From Nocardioides sp. (GTDB taxonomy: Bacteria; Actinomycetota; Actinomycetes; Propionibacteriales; Nocardioidaceae), in assembly GCA_050997635.1 (NCBI GenBank), contig JBPCQY010000052.1, forward strand, positions 1 through 62,523: DNA of 62,523 nucleotides, given 5' to 3'. The notes below the pieces were generated by a model. It did not search any database, was not told the origin of the DNA, and saw only the letters and a program-made list of their open reading frames with translations. The stretch's first letter is position 1. Every line of letters begins with the position of its first letter. The position numbers and the translations under genes were made by a program. Below, one piece after another: positions 20,003-28,553 of the stretch.

Positions 20003-22116
20003 CGGTCGTCACTTCGCAGGGCGGCCGGCCGCGACGCCGCGCTCGGCCGGGTCAGCACGAACGCGAGCACGAGGCCGCCGAGGACCCCGACGACCAGGGC
20101 GGTGGAGAGCACGAGCACGGGCTGGGTGGACAGGTCGACGGGCGGCATCTCCGGCGCTCCGCTCACCAGCCTCAACGGCGCCAGCAGCACCCGGTCGAGC
20201 AGGAGACCGACCGCGACGATCGCCACGATCGCAGAGCCGGCGAGCACGGAGGACTCGACGGCGTACGACGTGCGGGCGGCGCGGGAGCTGACCCCGACGA
20301 TGCGCAGCGAGGCGGTCTCGCGGCGCCGGTCGGGCACCCGAGCCCGCGCCCAGGCGAGGGCGTGCAGCAGCGCCAGCACCACCAGGGCCAGCGCCTGCAG
20401 GGCGGCGAACTCGACGCCGTGGGCCTCGCGGGTCCCACTGAGCCGGGTCACGGCAGCGTCGTAGGACGTCGGCGTACCGGCTCCGTCCGCGCGCAGCCGA
20501 TCGAGCACGGCAGCCGGCGTGTCCGCTCGGGCGACGACCCGCGCGATGGTCACCGGGATGCTGCCGGACCGGGCGTCGAGCAGGGTACGGCCGAGGTCGA
20601 GCACCAGCCCCTGCGCTCCGAGCAGGGGCGCCGCACCGATCTCGCCGATCTGGTGGAAGCCCTTGGCCTGCCCGTCCACGCCGTCGATCGACGCGACCTT
20701 GCCCAGCCCCGGTGTGGCGAACCCGGGCTCGCGGGGCAGCCCGTGCAGGGCGATCCGGTTCTGGTGGTTCGCAGGGTCCAGCATGTGGTTCCCCCGGACC
20801 AGGCTGGTCGAGCCGACGCGGACAGCGGTGACCGCGGCGTGACCCGGCCCGGCCGCGGTGATGTCGACGGCCGCGCAGCCCACCCGGCACCCACGGAGGT
20901 CGACGCCGGTCGTGCCGCTGTGGTCCAGCCGGATCCGGATCTCGCGCGGGATGTTGGCATCGTCGACCAGACGCACGGTGAGCCCGATCCGGCCGCTCAC
21001 CCCCGTGGCGTCGACCTCGAGGCGGGAGCCACGCAGCAGGGTGACGGTGGGTTCGCCCTTCAGCTGTCGGAAGGCGGCGCCGGCGTCGCCGAGCGAGGTC
21101 GAGCTCTGGAAGTCGCCGACCACACGTTGCCAGCGCGCGGAGTCGACGAAGACGCGTCGGTGGTCGGGCCGCTGCTCGTCGTACGCCGCGATCGGGAGCA
21201 GCCACCGTCCACCGGGATCCGCGTCGTGGGCGGCGGCGTAGGCCCGCAGGGCCCCGGCCTCGACCGGGAAGCTCAGCGGGCCGCCGACGGAAACCCGGGC
21301 GGCCTGGTCGCGCCAGTGGTGGCTGGCCGACATCGCCGACGCCGTCGTCACCGCCACGACGCCCGCGGCGACGATCAGGCGGACGACCCCGACAGCGAGC
21401 GCGTCGCGCCCGAAACGTCGGGTGGTCAGGAATCCACCGAGCCGGCGCCCGAACGGCGGCACGGACTGCAGCAGCCACACCAGCACCTGACCGACACCGA
21501 GCCCGACCAACCCCGGTGCGGCGATCGCCAGCCAGCCGTTGTCCTGCCGCGCCTCGTAGACCGCGACGACGGCGGCCACGATGATCAACAGCTCCGTGAA
21601 ACGCACCAGCAGCGAGGCGCCGTGCCGCCGCTGCCGCACCGCCAGGGCCTCGCCGAGAGGCTGCCGGGAGAGACCGAGGGCCACCGCGAACACGGTCACC
21701 CAGCAGCAGACCAGGACGGCCAGGGCGACCGCGATCTCGGGCAGCTTCACGGAGTACGACGCGTCCCACCGGTGGGCCAGCCGGCTCGCGAAGCCGACCC
21801 CCAGCACGGCGCCGACGACGGCCGCAACGAAGGTGAGCATGAGCAGTGGCGCGGCGGCGAAGGAGGTGACCCCGGCGCGGGTCTGGCCGCGCAGCCTGCC
21901 CAACGCCAGGTCGCGGCGATGGGCACGCATCTCGGCGCCCACCTGGTCGGCCAGCGCCGTGAGCCCGGCCAGGACCACCACGAACGCCACGGCCGCCGAG
22001 GTGTGGGTGACCCGCCCGGCACCCACCACCCCGACGCCGACGGTGGTCACGACCACCACGAGCGCCAGGGTCATCAGGGAGTCGGACCCGTGGGCCCGCA
22101 GGCGGCGAAAGAGCAC
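19999..22116 (-). CDS. Second FtsX/MacB-like ABC permease
   Basis: RRDLALGRLRG and RRRETASLRIVG motifs, multiple TM segments; paralogous layout to the downstream permease; start GTG 22116 is approximate. Confidence 0.85.
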   Translation of the reverse strand: MLFRRLRAHGSDSLMTLALVVVVTTVGVGVVGAGRVTHTSAAVAFVVVLAGLTALADQVGAEMRAHRRDLALGRLRGQTRAGVTSFAAAPLLMLTFVAAVVGAVLGVGFASRLAHRWDASYSVKLPEIAVALAVLVCCWVTVFAVALGLSRQPLGEALAVRQRRHGASLLVRFTELLIIVAAVVAVYEARQDNGWLAIAAPGLVGLGVGQVLVWLLQSVPPFGRRLGGFLTTRRFGRDALAVGVVRLIVAAGVVAVTTASAMSASHHWRDQAARVSVGGPLSFPVEAGALRAYAAAHDADPGGRWLLPIAAYDEQRPDHRRVFVDSARWQRVVGDFQSSTSLGDAGAAFRQLKGEPTVTLLRGSRLEVDATGVSGRIGLTVRLVDDANIPREIRIRLDHSGTTGVDLRGCRVGCAAVDITAAGPGHAAVTAVRVGSTSLVRGNHMLDPANHQNRIALHGLPREPGFATPGLGKVASIDGVDGQAKGFHQIGEIGAAPLLGAQGLVLDLGRTLLDARSGSIPVTIARVVARADTPAAVLDRLRADGAGTPTSYDAAVTRLSGTREAHGVEFAALQALALVVLALLHALAWARARVPDRRRETASLRIVGVSSRAARTSYAVESSVLAGSAIVAIVAVGLLLDRVLLAPLRLVSGAPEMPPVDLSTQPVLVLSTALVVGVLGGLVLAFVLTRPSAASRPAALRSDDR

Positions 22117-22124
22117 GGGCGCGC

Positions 22125-22796
22125 CTAGAACCGGCCGACGCGGTGGCGGGGCTCGTCGCCGACGAGCACACCCTCGTCGAGCACGACGTGCCGGTCGGAG
22201 ACCTCCACGACAGCGGGGTCGTGGGTGGCGACCACGACGACGGCACCGCGGTCGGCCTCCATCCGCAGCTGGTCCATCACGTGCTCGCGGTTGCCCTCGT
22301 CGAGCTCGCTCGTCGGCTCGTCGGCCAGCAGGATCTCGGGCGTGACGGCGAAACCCCGGGCGCACGCCACCCGCTGCATCTGACCACCCGACAGCTCCTC
22401 GACCTGCCGGTCACCGAGGTCGCCGATGTGGAAGCGGTGCAGCTCCAGGTCGGCTCGCTCGTCGGCCTCGCGGGGTGAGAGGCCACGGGCGCGGAGGGCG
22501 ACGCTGATGTTCTCACGGGCGCTCAGGACGGGCACGAGTCCGTAGACCTGGAGCACGAAGGCAACCTCGTGTCGCGGGTCGCCGTCGCCCTGCCACATCG
22601 ACTTCCCGGCGTACGACGCGGCGCCGGTCGTCGCGCGCACCAGCCCGCCCGCGATGGAGAGCAGGGTCGTCTTGCCGGACCCGGACGGCCCGGACAGCGA
22701 GGTGACGACCCCCGGCTCGAACAGCAGGCTGATCGGGGCCAGCGCGAGTCGGCCACCCAGGTCGAAGGACACGTCGTCCAGCTCGAGCGTGCTCAC
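22125..22796 (-). CDS. ABC transporter ATP-binding protein (LolD/MacB-like)
   Basis: GPSGSGKTT, LSGGQMQR, LLADEPTSELD, VATHD. Confidence 0.93.
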   Translation of the reverse strand: MSTLELDDVSFDLGGRLALAPISLLFEPGVVTSLSGPSGSGKTTLLSIAGGLVRATTGAASYAGKSMWQGDGDPRHEVAFVLQVYGLVPVLSARENISVALRARGLSPREADERADLELHRFHIGDLGDRQVEELSGGQMQRVACARGFAVTPEILLADEPTSELDEGNREHVMDQLRMEADRGAVVVVATHDPAVVEVSDRHVVLDEGVLVGDEPRHRVGRF

Positions 22797-23653
22797 GACT
22801 GTTCCTCAGGGTCGTCCTGGCTGGGCCGGGTCAGCAGCAGCCGGTCGAGCTTCTCGGGCTCGATCCGCACCAACGTGCCCTGCGGCCACTCGCGCGCGAT
22901 GTGGGCGGGCAGGTGCACGACACCCTCGGCGCCGACCACGACGTACTCGGCGCCGGCGCGGCCCTCCATGCCCACGCGGCCGCCGCGCATGGTGATGGTG
23001 CGCGGGAAGGTTCCGGCGACCTCTGGCTGGTGGGTGACCACGAGGATGGTGGTGCCGAAGTCGTTGCCGACCGTGTGGATCAGGTCGAGCATGTGGTCGC
23101 GGTCCTCGTGGCTGAGCTGGCTGGTCGGCTCGTCGGCGAGCAGCAGCTGGGGCACGGTCGTCACGCTGCACGCGAGGGCGAGCCGTTGGCGCTCACCGCC
23201 CGACATGCCGGAGACCACGTCGTCGGCCCGGTCGCTGAGCCCGACCCGGCCGAGCAGCTCCGCGTCGCCCAGCGACCGGTCGGGGTCGAGCGAGGCCGCG
23301 CGGCTGAACTGGAGGTTCTGGCGAGCGGTGGCGTAGGCGAGCAGGTTGCGGGTGGCGCCCTGGAGCATGGTGCTGACCCGGGAGGCGCGCAGGCGGGTGA
23401 GCTGACGCTCGGTCATCCGGGAGATCTCGTCGGGTCCGATGAAGATCCGGCCGGCGCTCGGGTGCTGGATGCCCCCGAAGAGGGTGAGCAGGGTGGACTT
23501 GCCCGACCCGCTGGGCCCGAGGAACGCGACCCGCTCCCCCGCCTCGATGGTCAGGTCGACGCCCTGGAGCGCCACCACGTCGTGCCCGGCGAACGTCTTG
23601 TACAGGTGCACCAGGCCCTCGCAGCGCACGCTGAGGCCACCGTCGTGCTCCAT
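22793..23653 (-). CDS. ABC transporter ATP-binding protein with C-terminal extension
   Basis: GPSGSGKST, MSGGERQR, LLADEPTSQL, VVTHQ; start ATG 23653 with GGGGGGAG RBS. Confidence 0.92.
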   Translation of the reverse strand: MEHDGGLSVRCEGLVHLYKTFAGHDVVALQGVDLTIEAGERVAFLGPSGSGKSTLLTLFGGIQHPSAGRIFIGPDEISRMTERQLTRLRASRVSTMLQGATRNLLAYATARQNLQFSRAASLDPDRSLGDAELLGRVGLSDRADDVVSGMSGGERQRLALACSVTTVPQLLLADEPTSQLSHEDRDHMLDLIHTVGNDFGTTILVVTHQPEVAGTFPRTITMRGGRVGMEGRAGAEYVVVGAEGVVHLPAHIAREWPQGTLVRIEPEKLDRLLLTRPSQDDPEEQS

Positions 23654-23782
23654 GTCTCCCCCCGTGGTCGGGCCCGCGGGCCAGAGGCAGTCAAGTGGTC
23701 CACGGGGCGCGGGGCAAGCGCCCACGCTCAGTCGTGACCAAATCGATGTGGTCCGCGCCCGGGTCGGAAACCGACATCGGGT

Positions 23783-23810
23783 GCTCGGCTGATTCACAGG
23801 AACGGCACAG
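23783..23810 (+). promoter_or_regulatory. MprA/OmpR-type tandem hexamer box upstream of the ApbE operon
   Basis: GCTCGG-N5-TCACAG-GAACG-GCACAG; same spacing to -10-like CACCCT (10 nt) and ATG (23 nt) as at htrA. Confidence 0.55.
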
Positions 23811-23833
23811 CCTGCGCGCGCACCCTGAGGGAC

Positions 23834-24157
23834 ATGAGGCCACCGATCCGCCGCAACCGGCGTACCCAGCAGGCTCTCGCGGGACTCAGCGTGGTCGGCG
23901 CCCTGGGCGCCGCGACCGCGCTCGACCTGAGCACCCAGACCGCGTCCGCAGGCAGCGACTCGGGGAGTACGACGACCCGGGCCCACGCCCGCTCGGGGAG
24001 CAGCGGCTCCGGGGGGCGGCTCGCCCGCGACCTCCGTCCCGCGGCCGACTCCCCCACCAAGTCGCCGCGGCAGAGCTCCCCCACCACCCAGCAGGCCCAG
24101 CCGCAGCCCGCACCCTCCGACGGCGGAGCGCCCCAGGCGACCACATCGGGGTCCTGA
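23834..24157 (+). CDS. Small exported or anchored Ser/Thr/Gly/Pro-rich protein ending TTSGS (candidate ApbE substrate)
   Basis: Basic N-region with RR pairs, hydrophobic stretch ALAGLSVVGALGAATAL, ASA cleavage-like site, low-complexity body; stop 2 nt before the ApbE start. Confidence 0.7.
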   Translation: MRPPIRRNRRTQQALAGLSVVGALGAATALDLSTQTASAGSDSGSTTTRAHARSGSSGSGGRLARDLRPAADSPTKSPRQSSPTTQQAQPQPAPSDGGAPQATTSGS

Positions 24158-24159
24158 CG

Positions 24160-25071
24160 TTGTCCACCCTCGCCGCCCACGAATGGGAGCTGTGGAGCAC
24201 CACGGCCCGGCTCGTCGTCACCGAGCCGGACGCGCTCGCCGAGGCCCGCGTGCTCACCGACGCCTTGCTGGCCGACGTTGAGCTGGCCGCCAGCCGATTC
24301 CGCGACGACTCCGAGATCCGCAACCTGAGGCCCGGCCTCAACATCGTCTCGGCCCTGCTCGCCGACCTGGTCCGCGAAGCCCTGTCGGCCGCCTGGGTCA
24401 CCGACGGTGCCGTCGACCCGACCGTCGGCGGAGCGCTGGCCCGACTCGGCTACGACCGCGACATCCGGCTGGTCGAGCGCAACGGCCGCAACGTCGCGGT
24501 GATCCGCCCCGTCCCGGGCTGGCGCGCCGTGGGCCTCGAGGGCAGCGTGCTGACCCTGCCGCCCGAGGTCGACCTCGACCTCGGCTCCACCGCGAAGGCG
24601 TCGGCCGCCGACCGCTGTGCCGCGGAGATCGCCAGCCGCCTCGGCGTCGGCGTACTCGTCAGCCTCGGTGGCGACATCGCCACCGCCGGCCCGGGTCCCG
24701 GTGCCGACGGCGGCTGGCAGATCCGGGTCGCCGACCACGACGACGACCCGGACGACCAGATCTCGCTGCCGCCGGGCTCCGCGATCGCGACCTCCTCGAC
24801 CGTACGACGCACCTGGAGCCGCGCCGGCGAACGCGTGCACCACGTGGTGGACCCGCGCACCGGCGGTCCGGCCGATCCCGTCTGGCGCTCGGTCACCGTG
24901 GCCGCGCGCGACTGCCTCACCGCCAACACCGCCAGCACGGCCGCCGTGGTCAAGGGCCACGCGGCCCTCGACTGGCTCCGCGGCCAGGGCCTGTCCGCCC
25001 GGCTCGTCGACCGGCACCACCGGGTCCACCTGGTCGGTGGCTGGCCCCGCGAGACGGGAGACGCGGCATGA
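24160..25071 (+). CDS. apbE: FAD:protein FMN transferase (ApbE family), no evident signal peptide
   Basis: SRFRDDSEI, TDGAVDPTVG, LDLGSTAKA, SLGGD, ATSS and HHVVDPRTG motifs; TTG start 24160. Confidence 0.9.
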   Translation: MSTLAAHEWELWSTTARLVVTEPDALAEARVLTDALLADVELAASRFRDDSEIRNLRPGLNIVSALLADLVREALSAAWVTDGAVDPTVGGALARLGYDRDIRLVERNGRNVAVIRPVPGWRAVGLEGSVLTLPPEVDLDLGSTAKASAADRCAAEIASRLGVGVLVSLGGDIATAGPGPGADGGWQIRVADHDDDPDDQISLPPGSAIATSSTVRRTWSRAGERVHHVVDPRTGGPADPVWRSVTVAARDCLTANTASTAAVVKGHAALDWLRGQGLSARLVDRHHRVHLVGGWPRETGDAA

Positions 25072-25628
25072 ATGAGGCACTCTGGGCCCTCGGCCGCGGC
25101 ACGGGTGTCGTGGCGCTGGTGCTCTTCACCGGGTCGCTCGTACTGGGCATCGTCACCCGCTCGGGACGCTCGGTGCCCGGCCTCGGCCGCTTCGGCGCCG
25201 CCGACCTGCACCGTACGGCGGCCCTGACCGGCACCGTGCTGGTGCTCAGCCATGTGGTCAGCCTCTCCCTCGACCCCTTCGCCCAGCTGCATCTGGTCGA
25301 CGTCGTGTTCCCGTTCCTCGGTGCGTACCGGCCGCTGTGGCTGGGCCTGGGCACCCTCACGCTGGACCTGCTCGCGGTGGTGACCGTGGTGTCGCTGCTG
25401 CGCCACCGGGTCGGCCCGCAGGTGTTCAGGGCGGTGCACTGGGCGACGTACGCCCTGTGGCCCACCGCCGTGCTGCACGCCCTCGGCAACGGCACCGACG
25501 GCGGCTCGACCTGGCTGCGCGGCCTCGCCGCGGTCTGCGTCGCCGCCGTCGCTCTCGCCGTCACCTGGCGCCTGCGTCCGTCGTACGACGGTCGCGGCTG
25601 GGTCCGCACTCCCCGGAGGACCGGATGA
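25068..25628 (+). CDS. Ferric reductase-like / MsrQ-like membrane cytochrome b
   Basis: About 5 TM segments with four His (LHR, SHV, VHW, LHA) spaced as heme ligands; ATGA overlap with apbE. Confidence 0.8.
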   Translation: MNEALWALGRGTGVVALVLFTGSLVLGIVTRSGRSVPGLGRFGAADLHRTAALTGTVLVLSHVVSLSLDPFAQLHLVDVVFPFLGAYRPLWLGLGTLTLDLLAVVTVVSLLRHRVGPQVFRAVHWATYALWPTAVLHALGNGTDGGSTWLRGLAAVCVAAVALAVTWRLRPSYDGRGWVRTPRRTG

Positions 25629-26794
25629 CGCTCACCAGCAGCCCACCCACGACCCGGCGGCTGCTCGCCGATGAGCCGCCCACCGGGCGCCTGCCCGACC
25701 TCGACCTGACGGCGCTGGTCGAGGTAGCCGAGGCAGCGGGCCTCACCGGCCGCGGGGGCGGGGGATTCCCGACCGCGACCAAGCTCCGGGCAGTGGCCCG
25801 CTCGCGGCGCGCCGTCGTCGTCGCCAACGCGATGGAGGGCGAGCCGCTGAGCCACAAGGACGCCGTGCTGCTGCACCATGCGCCCCACCTGGTCATCGAC
25901 GGCCTGGCGCTGCTGGCCCGGGCCGCCCGCGCCAAGCGGGCGATCCTCGCGGTGGGGCCCGAGATCGACCCGGCCCGGGTCCGGGCAGCCGCCCGCAGCC
26001 GGCGGCACCTCGAGGTCGTCCACCTCGAGGGCGGCGGCTTCGTCGCCGGCCACGAGAGCGCGCTGGTCAACCAGCTCTCGGGCCGTCGCGCGGTGCCGAG
26101 CGACCCGCTCGTGCGGGTCACCGAGTCCGGGGTCGACGGCCGGCCCACGCTCGTCCTCAACGCCGAGACGGTAGCCCATCTCGCCCTGGCCGCCCGCCAC
26201 GGAGCGGACTGGTTCCGCGAGGTCGGCACTCCCGACGACCCGGGCACGTCGCTGTTCACCATCGGGGGCGCGGTGCAGCACCCCGGCGTCGTCGAGGCCG
26301 CCCGCGGCAGCCGGCTCGCCGACGTGCTCGCCGGTGCCGGCCCGGTCGCGCCCGCGGCCGTGCTGGTCGGTGGCTACCACGGCGCCTGGGTGCCGGCCAG
26401 CGACCTCGACGTGCGGCTGACCCGCACCGACCTCGCGCCGTACGGCGCCAGCGTGGGCGCGGGTGTGCTGTCCGTGCTCGATACCCACACGTGTCCGATC
26501 GCCCACGCCGCCGACGTGGCGACCTTCCTGGCCGGCGAGTCCGCCGGCCAGTGCGGCCCCTGCCTCAACGGCCTGCCGCGGATGGCCGACTCGCTGCGCC
26601 GCCTGGCCGTCGGCGTCCAGGACGAGCACCTGCCCGCTCAGGTGGCCCGGATGCAGCAGCTCGTGACCGGCCGCGGTGCCTGCGCTCATCCCGACGGCAC
26701 CGCACGGTTCGTCGGATCGACGATGCGGGTCTTCCGCGGGCACGTGCGCGCCCACCTGGAGGGCTGGTGCCCCAGCGAACGGCGGCGACCGTGA
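25625..26794 (+). CDS. Stand-alone NuoF/HoxF-like NADH-binding flavoprotein with Fe-S domain
   Basis: GLTGRGGGGFPT, NAMEGEP, FVAGHESAL, NAET, ESAGQCGPC...GACAHPDG; ATGA overlap. Confidence 0.88.
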   Translation: MTLTSSPPTTRRLLADEPPTGRLPDLDLTALVEVAEAAGLTGRGGGGFPTATKLRAVARSRRAVVVANAMEGEPLSHKDAVLLHHAPHLVIDGLALLARAARAKRAILAVGPEIDPARVRAAARSRRHLEVVHLEGGGFVAGHESALVNQLSGRRAVPSDPLVRVTESGVDGRPTLVLNAETVAHLALAARHGADWFREVGTPDDPGTSLFTIGGAVQHPGVVEAARGSRLADVLAGAGPVAPAAVLVGGYHGAWVPASDLDVRLTRTDLAPYGASVGAGVLSVLDTHTCPIAHAADVATFLAGESAGQCGPCLNGLPRMADSLRRLAVGVQDEHLPAQVARMQQLVTGRGACAHPDGTARFVGSTMRVFRGHVRAHLEGWCPSERRRP

Positions 26795-26997
26795 GGATCC
26801 ACGTCGACTGGACCCGCTGCGACGGCCACGGTGCGTGCGCCGAGCTGCTGCCCGAGCTGCTCGGCGTCGACGAGTTCGGCTTCCCGGTCAGCCGCACCGG
26901 CGAGCGCGACCCCGTCGTACCTTCTGGGCTCGAGGAGCACGCGAAGCACGCCGAGAAGACCTGTCCGCTCATGGCGCTGCGTCGGCTGCCTGCCTGA
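26791..26997 (+). CDS. Single-cluster (3Fe-4S type) ferredoxin, 68 aa
   Basis: IHVDWTRCDGHGACAE...CPLMAL (CxxHxxC...CP); GTGA overlap. Confidence 0.9.
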   Translation: MRIHVDWTRCDGHGACAELLPELLGVDEFGFPVSRTGERDPVVPSGLEEHAKHAEKTCPLMALRRLPA

Positions 26998-27024
26998 GCC
27001 GCCTGCGCCTGCGCCTCTAGCGCG

Positions 27025-27074
27025 CGGACGTCATGCGAACTGGTCGCCAGGACGACCAGTTCGCATGACGTCCG
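27025..27074. repeat. Inverted repeat, family B, between convergent genes (terminator/REP-like)
   Basis: Perfect 22-bp arms CGGACGTCATGCGAACTGGTCG / CGACCAGTTCGCATGACGTCCG with a 6-nt loop. Confidence 0.85.
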
Positions 27075-27104
27075 ACGGGCTGTCGGCCGGCTGTCGGCGG
27101 GCTG

Positions 27105-27704
27105 TCAGGGCGTACGGCGCGACTCGAGCACCCGGAAGCCCTTGCTGCTCGCCAACCGGGTCGTGGGCCAGCCCTGCTCCCCCAGCCAGCGCTGCAGCGA
27201 GTCGGCGCCGAGGAACTTGCCGACCACGAGCACGGCTCGCCCGCCGGGGGCGAGCCTCGGCAGCCACCTGAGCAACAGCTCGTGCAGCGACTGCTTGCCG
27301 ATCCGGATGGGCGGGTTCGACCAGATCTCGTCGTACGTCGCGTCCCCGGCCGCCGCGGGTGTGGTCGCGACATAGCGGTCGGTCACGCCGAGCCGCTCGG
27401 CGTTCTCACGCGCCAGCAGCAGCGCCCGCTCGTTGACGTCGACGCCGGTGACCGTGACGCCGGGCGAGGCGACCAGCATCGCGAGGCCGATCACGCCGTA
27501 CCCGCAGCCGAGGTCGAGGACGTGCCCGGCCGTCGGGGGCGTCGTCTCGCGCAGCAGCACCGCCGTCCCGACGTCGAGACGGCCTCGGCTGTAGACGCCC
27601 GTGCCGCTGACCAGGTCGAGCCGGTGGCCCCAGACCTCGCAGGCGAACGGTTCGCGGGTGAACGGCACCGACGGGTCGGCGGTGAAGTAGTGCTCCTCGG
27701 TCAT
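27105..27704 (-). CDS. Class I SAM methyltransferase (MTS/RsmC-like)
   Basis: MTEEHYFTADP, GVYSRGRLDVGT, LDLGCGYG and SNPP motifs. Confidence 0.9.
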   Translation of the reverse strand: MTEEHYFTADPSVPFTREPFACEVWGHRLDLVSGTGVYSRGRLDVGTAVLLRETTPPTAGHVLDLGCGYGVIGLAMLVASPGVTVTGVDVNERALLLARENAERLGVTDRYVATTPAAAGDATYDEIWSNPPIRIGKQSLHELLLRWLPRLAPGGRAVLVVGKFLGADSLQRWLGEQGWPTTRLASSKGFRVLESRRTP

Positions 27705-28519
27705 CGCAGCCGCTCCCGGACCAGGTCGAGGGCGCGGCCGTCGGTGTAGCCGTCGCTGCCGAACGGCTCGACCCCGTGCGCCTCGCGGTGACCGCGGGTG
27801 GCCGCGCGGTAGACGAGGGCGCGCAGCAGCAGCTGGTCCCACCCGGGCTCGTCGGACCAGCGGTCCAGCAGGTTCGCGTCCGCGCCGCCGAAGCAGACCG
27901 CGTCCATGGCCGCCACGGCGAGCGCCCAGCCGATCGGACGGACGTACGGCGGCCAGTCGATCACGGCCGGCGGCAGACCCGGGTGGCGCAGCACGTTGCC
28001 GCCGAGGTCGCCGTGCACGACCTGGCTCGGCAGGTCGACGGACCTGCGCAGCGGGAGCGCCCGGGCCAGCAGCGTCAGGGTCTCCGGGGAGCCGAGCGGC
28101 TCGGCGCCGTCCCAGGCGACCCGGTCGCCGTGGGACCAGCCGTCCTCGCGGGTGGCCACGAACGCCGGCGGGTCGAGCCCGGCGATCGCCGCGTGGAACG
28201 CGGTGTGGGCCGCCCGGAACCAGTCGGGGTCGTCGGCCGCCGGCGAGGTCTCCCCCGGCAGCCACACGTGGGCACCCCAGCCGCCGTGGCACCAGTCGCC
28301 GGCCGCGGTCCGCAGCGGCTGCGGCACCCGGACCTCGGGCGCCGACCACGCGTCGTACACCTCGCAGAGCCAGGCGTGCTCGTCGGCGTGCGCAACCTGC
28401 TTGAGTACGGCGTCCCCCGCGCGCCACGCCGTACCGGAGAAGCCGCCGGGCAGCTGCTCGGGCACGTGGCCGACCCCGAAGGCCTCCCGCACGGGCACGG
28501 GAGGAGGGACGCGGGTCAT
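27701..28519 (-). CDS. Aminoglycoside phosphotransferase-like kinase-fold protein
   Basis: VLK, VHGDLGGNV and VIDW kinase-like motifs; ATGA overlap with the methyltransferase. Confidence 0.75.
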   Translation of the reverse strand: MTRVPPPVPVREAFGVGHVPEQLPGGFSGTAWRAGDAVLKQVAHADEHAWLCEVYDAWSAPEVRVPQPLRTAAGDWCHGGWGAHVWLPGETSPAADDPDWFRAAHTAFHAAIAGLDPPAFVATREDGWSHGDRVAWDGAEPLGSPETLTLLARALPLRRSVDLPSQVVHGDLGGNVLRHPGLPPAVIDWPPYVRPIGWALAVAAMDAVCFGGADANLLDRWSDEPGWDQLLLRALVYRAATRGHREAHGVEPFGSDGYTDGRALDLVRERLR

Positions 28520-28553
28520 GACGTCATCCTTGCCGACGGCCTAGCGTGGCGTC

